Origin: Stegostoma tigrinum
Taxonomy: Eukaryota
Direction of reading: 5' to 3'
Assembly: GCF_030684315.1 (NCBI RefSeq)
Contig: NC_081373.1
Coordinates: forward strand, 48,932,066 to 48,996,065
DNA length: 64,000 nucleotides
A program made the position numbers and the translations under genes. Numbering within the stretch: the stretch's first letter is position 1; the number at the start of each line of letters is the position of its first letter. Shown piece by piece: positions 61,160 to 64,000 of the stretch. The notes beneath the pieces were generated by a model that saw nothing but the letters and a program-made list of their open reading frames with translations, was not told where the DNA came from and did not search any database.

Positions 61160-63200
61160 AAAGAGAATTTCAAAGACCCCTGAGAGAAATCATTTTGTCT
61201 AGTCTCTGTTTTAAACAGGAAAGCCCAATTTTCTTTTTTCTTTAAACAGTGTCCTTTTGTTCAAAATTCCACAATAAGAAACTATATCTTCTTCACATTT
61301 ACCTTGTCGGCAGCCCTCAGGATCCTGTGTATTTCAATCAAGTCACGTCTTAAGCTTCAGCAGATGCAAACCCACCTGTCTAAGGATAGTGAAACTGTAG
61401 AATTCCTTACCACATAAGGCTGTCCAGGTTTGTTTGTTAGGTATATTCAAGGCCAAGAAAGTTAGATTTTTAATCAGTTAGGGAATCAACAGTTATAGAG
61501 AAATGGGGGGAAGTTGGCTTGAGAATTCACAGATCAGCCATGATCTCAATAGGCTAAATGACATACTTCTGCTCTTACAGCATTCCTTGGAAGACAACCA
61601 ACATATTCCAAGTATTGGGTTAGTAAACCTTCTCTGAACTGCCTCTGATGCAATGACATATTTTCTAAATAAGGTGACTAATAAATAAGGTGTGCAAAGA
61701 AGTCAAGTTGCAATCTCATCTGTACCCTGTAAAACTGAAGCATAACCTCCCAGTTTTGTATTCAATTCTCCTTACAATGAATGATAACACTCTTATTAGC
61801 TTTCCTAATTTTTTCATACTTCTGCGATTCATGCATGAGGACACCTGTATCTCAGCACTTTATAATGTCTTACCATTGAGATTTTCTTTGTTCTCCATAT
61901 CAAAATGGGCAATTTCTCATTTTGCCACAATGCACTTCATTTCCCACGCCTTTGCCTATTCATTTAACCTAACTGTACCTTTTTGTAACCTCATGTCCTC
62001 CTCACAACTTACTTTAACCAACATATTGTGTCGTCAATAGATTTTGCAAATACATTTGCAGTCCCTTAATCTAAGTTGTATTAGTTAATACTGGTGTAAA
62101 CAGCTGATGTCCCAGACACATTTCCTATGGCACACCACTCGTTACATTTTGTCAATCCCAAACAGACTCCTTGTGTGTCATCTCTGCTTCAAGTTAGCCA
62201 GCCAAATTTCTATCCATACCAATATACCATCTCAGACACCAGCTATTAGTTTCTGCAATAACCTTTGATATGGCACCTGATCAAACGCCTTCTGGAAATT
62301 TCATTTCAGTACATTCCCTTTATTTCTCTTGGTTCCTTCTATCTACAACATGTGTTATGTCCTCTAAGAACTCTAACAGATTAGTCAATCCTCTGGTGTG
62401 AAGGCCAATACACAATAATTGTTCAAGCCATCTGCCATTTTAATATATTCCATTATTAATTCTACAGTTTCACTTTCTTAGGACAAACATAAACTTTTAA
62501 TGTTTTATTTTTCTGGCTAGCTTTCTTTAATTATTCACTCCTTTATAAATTTTTGGTCATTCTGTCACCTGCCTTTACACAAATATATTTTTTAATTTAG
62601 GTTAGATGCAATCTTTAACATATCTTGTTAACTATACGTGGTGGGAGATGTGTTTCTTGGAAATTTTGCTCTATCAAATTATCTATTATGTGTGTTCTGA
62701 AATATATCAAATATCTGCCCATCCCATCTCAGTTGGTTTTTCCTTTAATGTAATTTTCCAAGTCACCTAACCAGCTCTGTTTTAGTGTCCCCATAATTGT
62801 CCTTTTCTTCCTTTACAAAGTCTCAGATCCATTCCTCTCTTCCTCAATCTTATTATGGTTGCTGCAATCTCAGGGTGCCTTCATAATGACATCATTAAAT
62901 AATTTCATCTTTGTGCACAACACCATCTCTACCATAGCTGATATGCTGGTTGGCTCCAGAACTCTGTGCAAGTAAACTGCCCTGAAAATGTTCTCTGAGC
63001 TCATCTGGGCTACCTTTGCCAATTTGACTTTTCCAGTTCATATGCAGTTTAAATCTCTCATGATTATCACTGTCTTTCTGGCAAGTTTGTATTATTTATT
63101 TCTTCACGCTCCACCATACCATGTAATTTCTGTTTCTACACCTTGGTTTCCTGAGCTTAGTTCATCCTTCTTGATTGAGTTAATATTTCCAATAGCCATC
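61160..63200 (-). mobile_element. Long degenerate CR1 (3' end to APE), with plus-strand CR1 tail nested at ~61390-61580
   Basis: tgtgtcgtcaata (DDT), tttcctatggcacaccact (SGVP*E) and tcaaacgccttctggaaat (FQKAFD) on the minus strand. Confidence 0.7.
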
Positions 63201-64000
63201 TGTAAGGCAGCCCATGTTTGAAATTCATAAAATGGCCAACAAGAGTTAAACAGACTGAAACAGCCTGCATTAAGCATTAAGCATCTAGCATTAAGACACA
63301 AAATGGCTGACAAGGAACAAATAGAATTAAACAGCCTACTCCTGCATTAAGTCAAATATAATGGTACCTTTCAACATGGCTACTTCAAGACGAACAAGAG
63401 GCCCATAAGACAACCATCCAAGACAGTTCGATAAGAGGATGCCTAAGGATAGACAAGTGATTCCAGCCTTATTAATGCAAGTATCTGTCCCATTAGGTGA
63501 ACACCAGCAGTTAGAACAAGGGGTGTAAATCACAGTCCATGAACCTGTCAACCTAAATTAAGCAGCTATGAAAACAACAGTTAAAGTTATTTTGTACCCA
63601 AAAAAATTAGTTATTCACAATATTAAGAAATAGCTTCTAGTTAAAGATTGTTCAGATAATCATGAAGATGGATTTCAACACAATTGTAGATATACATATA
63701 ATCAAATTACAATAGAAGCACTAGGGAAAAAACATTTAAGCTTAGATGTTAAATGCATTTAGTGTCAGGAAACACTTTCCTCATCTCTAAAAAGATGCCT
63801 GGTATGTCAGGAATGAAATAGATTCTTCATAACTTATTAGTTAAAAAAGTACAGCTAACTTTATAATGGGAAATTAGTACTACGATTCTTATTGAAGTCA
63901 GCTAAAACCAACTGTATCTTGTATTTTTTTATTTACATAACAGGGACAGTGGAAAAAAAAGCAATAACAGAATTTGATAGAGATAGCATATGGAACACAA

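Noticed and set aside
1-64000. Host protein-coding genes among the listed ORFs
   Set aside because: Recognisable ORFs are transposon fragments or their antisense frames. The rest are short, lack domains and are expected by chance.

Overview
AT-rich, CpG-depleted vertebrate DNA with one 128-nt assembly gap (14002-14129). The repeat content (HE1-type V-SINEs, HER1/CR1 LINE tails, abundant Penelope-like elements) points to a shark or other elasmobranch; this is an inference. I find no host protein-coding exon I can support, so the window looks intergenic or deep-intronic. It holds many truncated CR1 LINEs (one about 2 kb, reaching the ORF1 esterase), Rex1/Babar and L2/CR1-clade LINE ends, tRNA-derived SINEs, Gypsy and solo-LTR relics and a Harbinger Myb/SANT relic. 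The most distinctive signal is a dense population of Penelope-like element (PLE) sequences from about five families whose termini carry minimal type-I hammerhead ribozyme (HHR) motifs (CTGANGA-stem II-GAAA-palindromic stem III-NUH). These include two GIY-YIG-bearing PLEs with inverted terminal arms and target-site duplications (TSDs) (24944-26089, 51581-53526). There is also a family of 50-220-bp non-coding single-arm or fold-back insertions with 10-17-bp TSDs that overlap element sequence. Boundaries of degenerate repeats are approximate and were read by eye; no database search was run.
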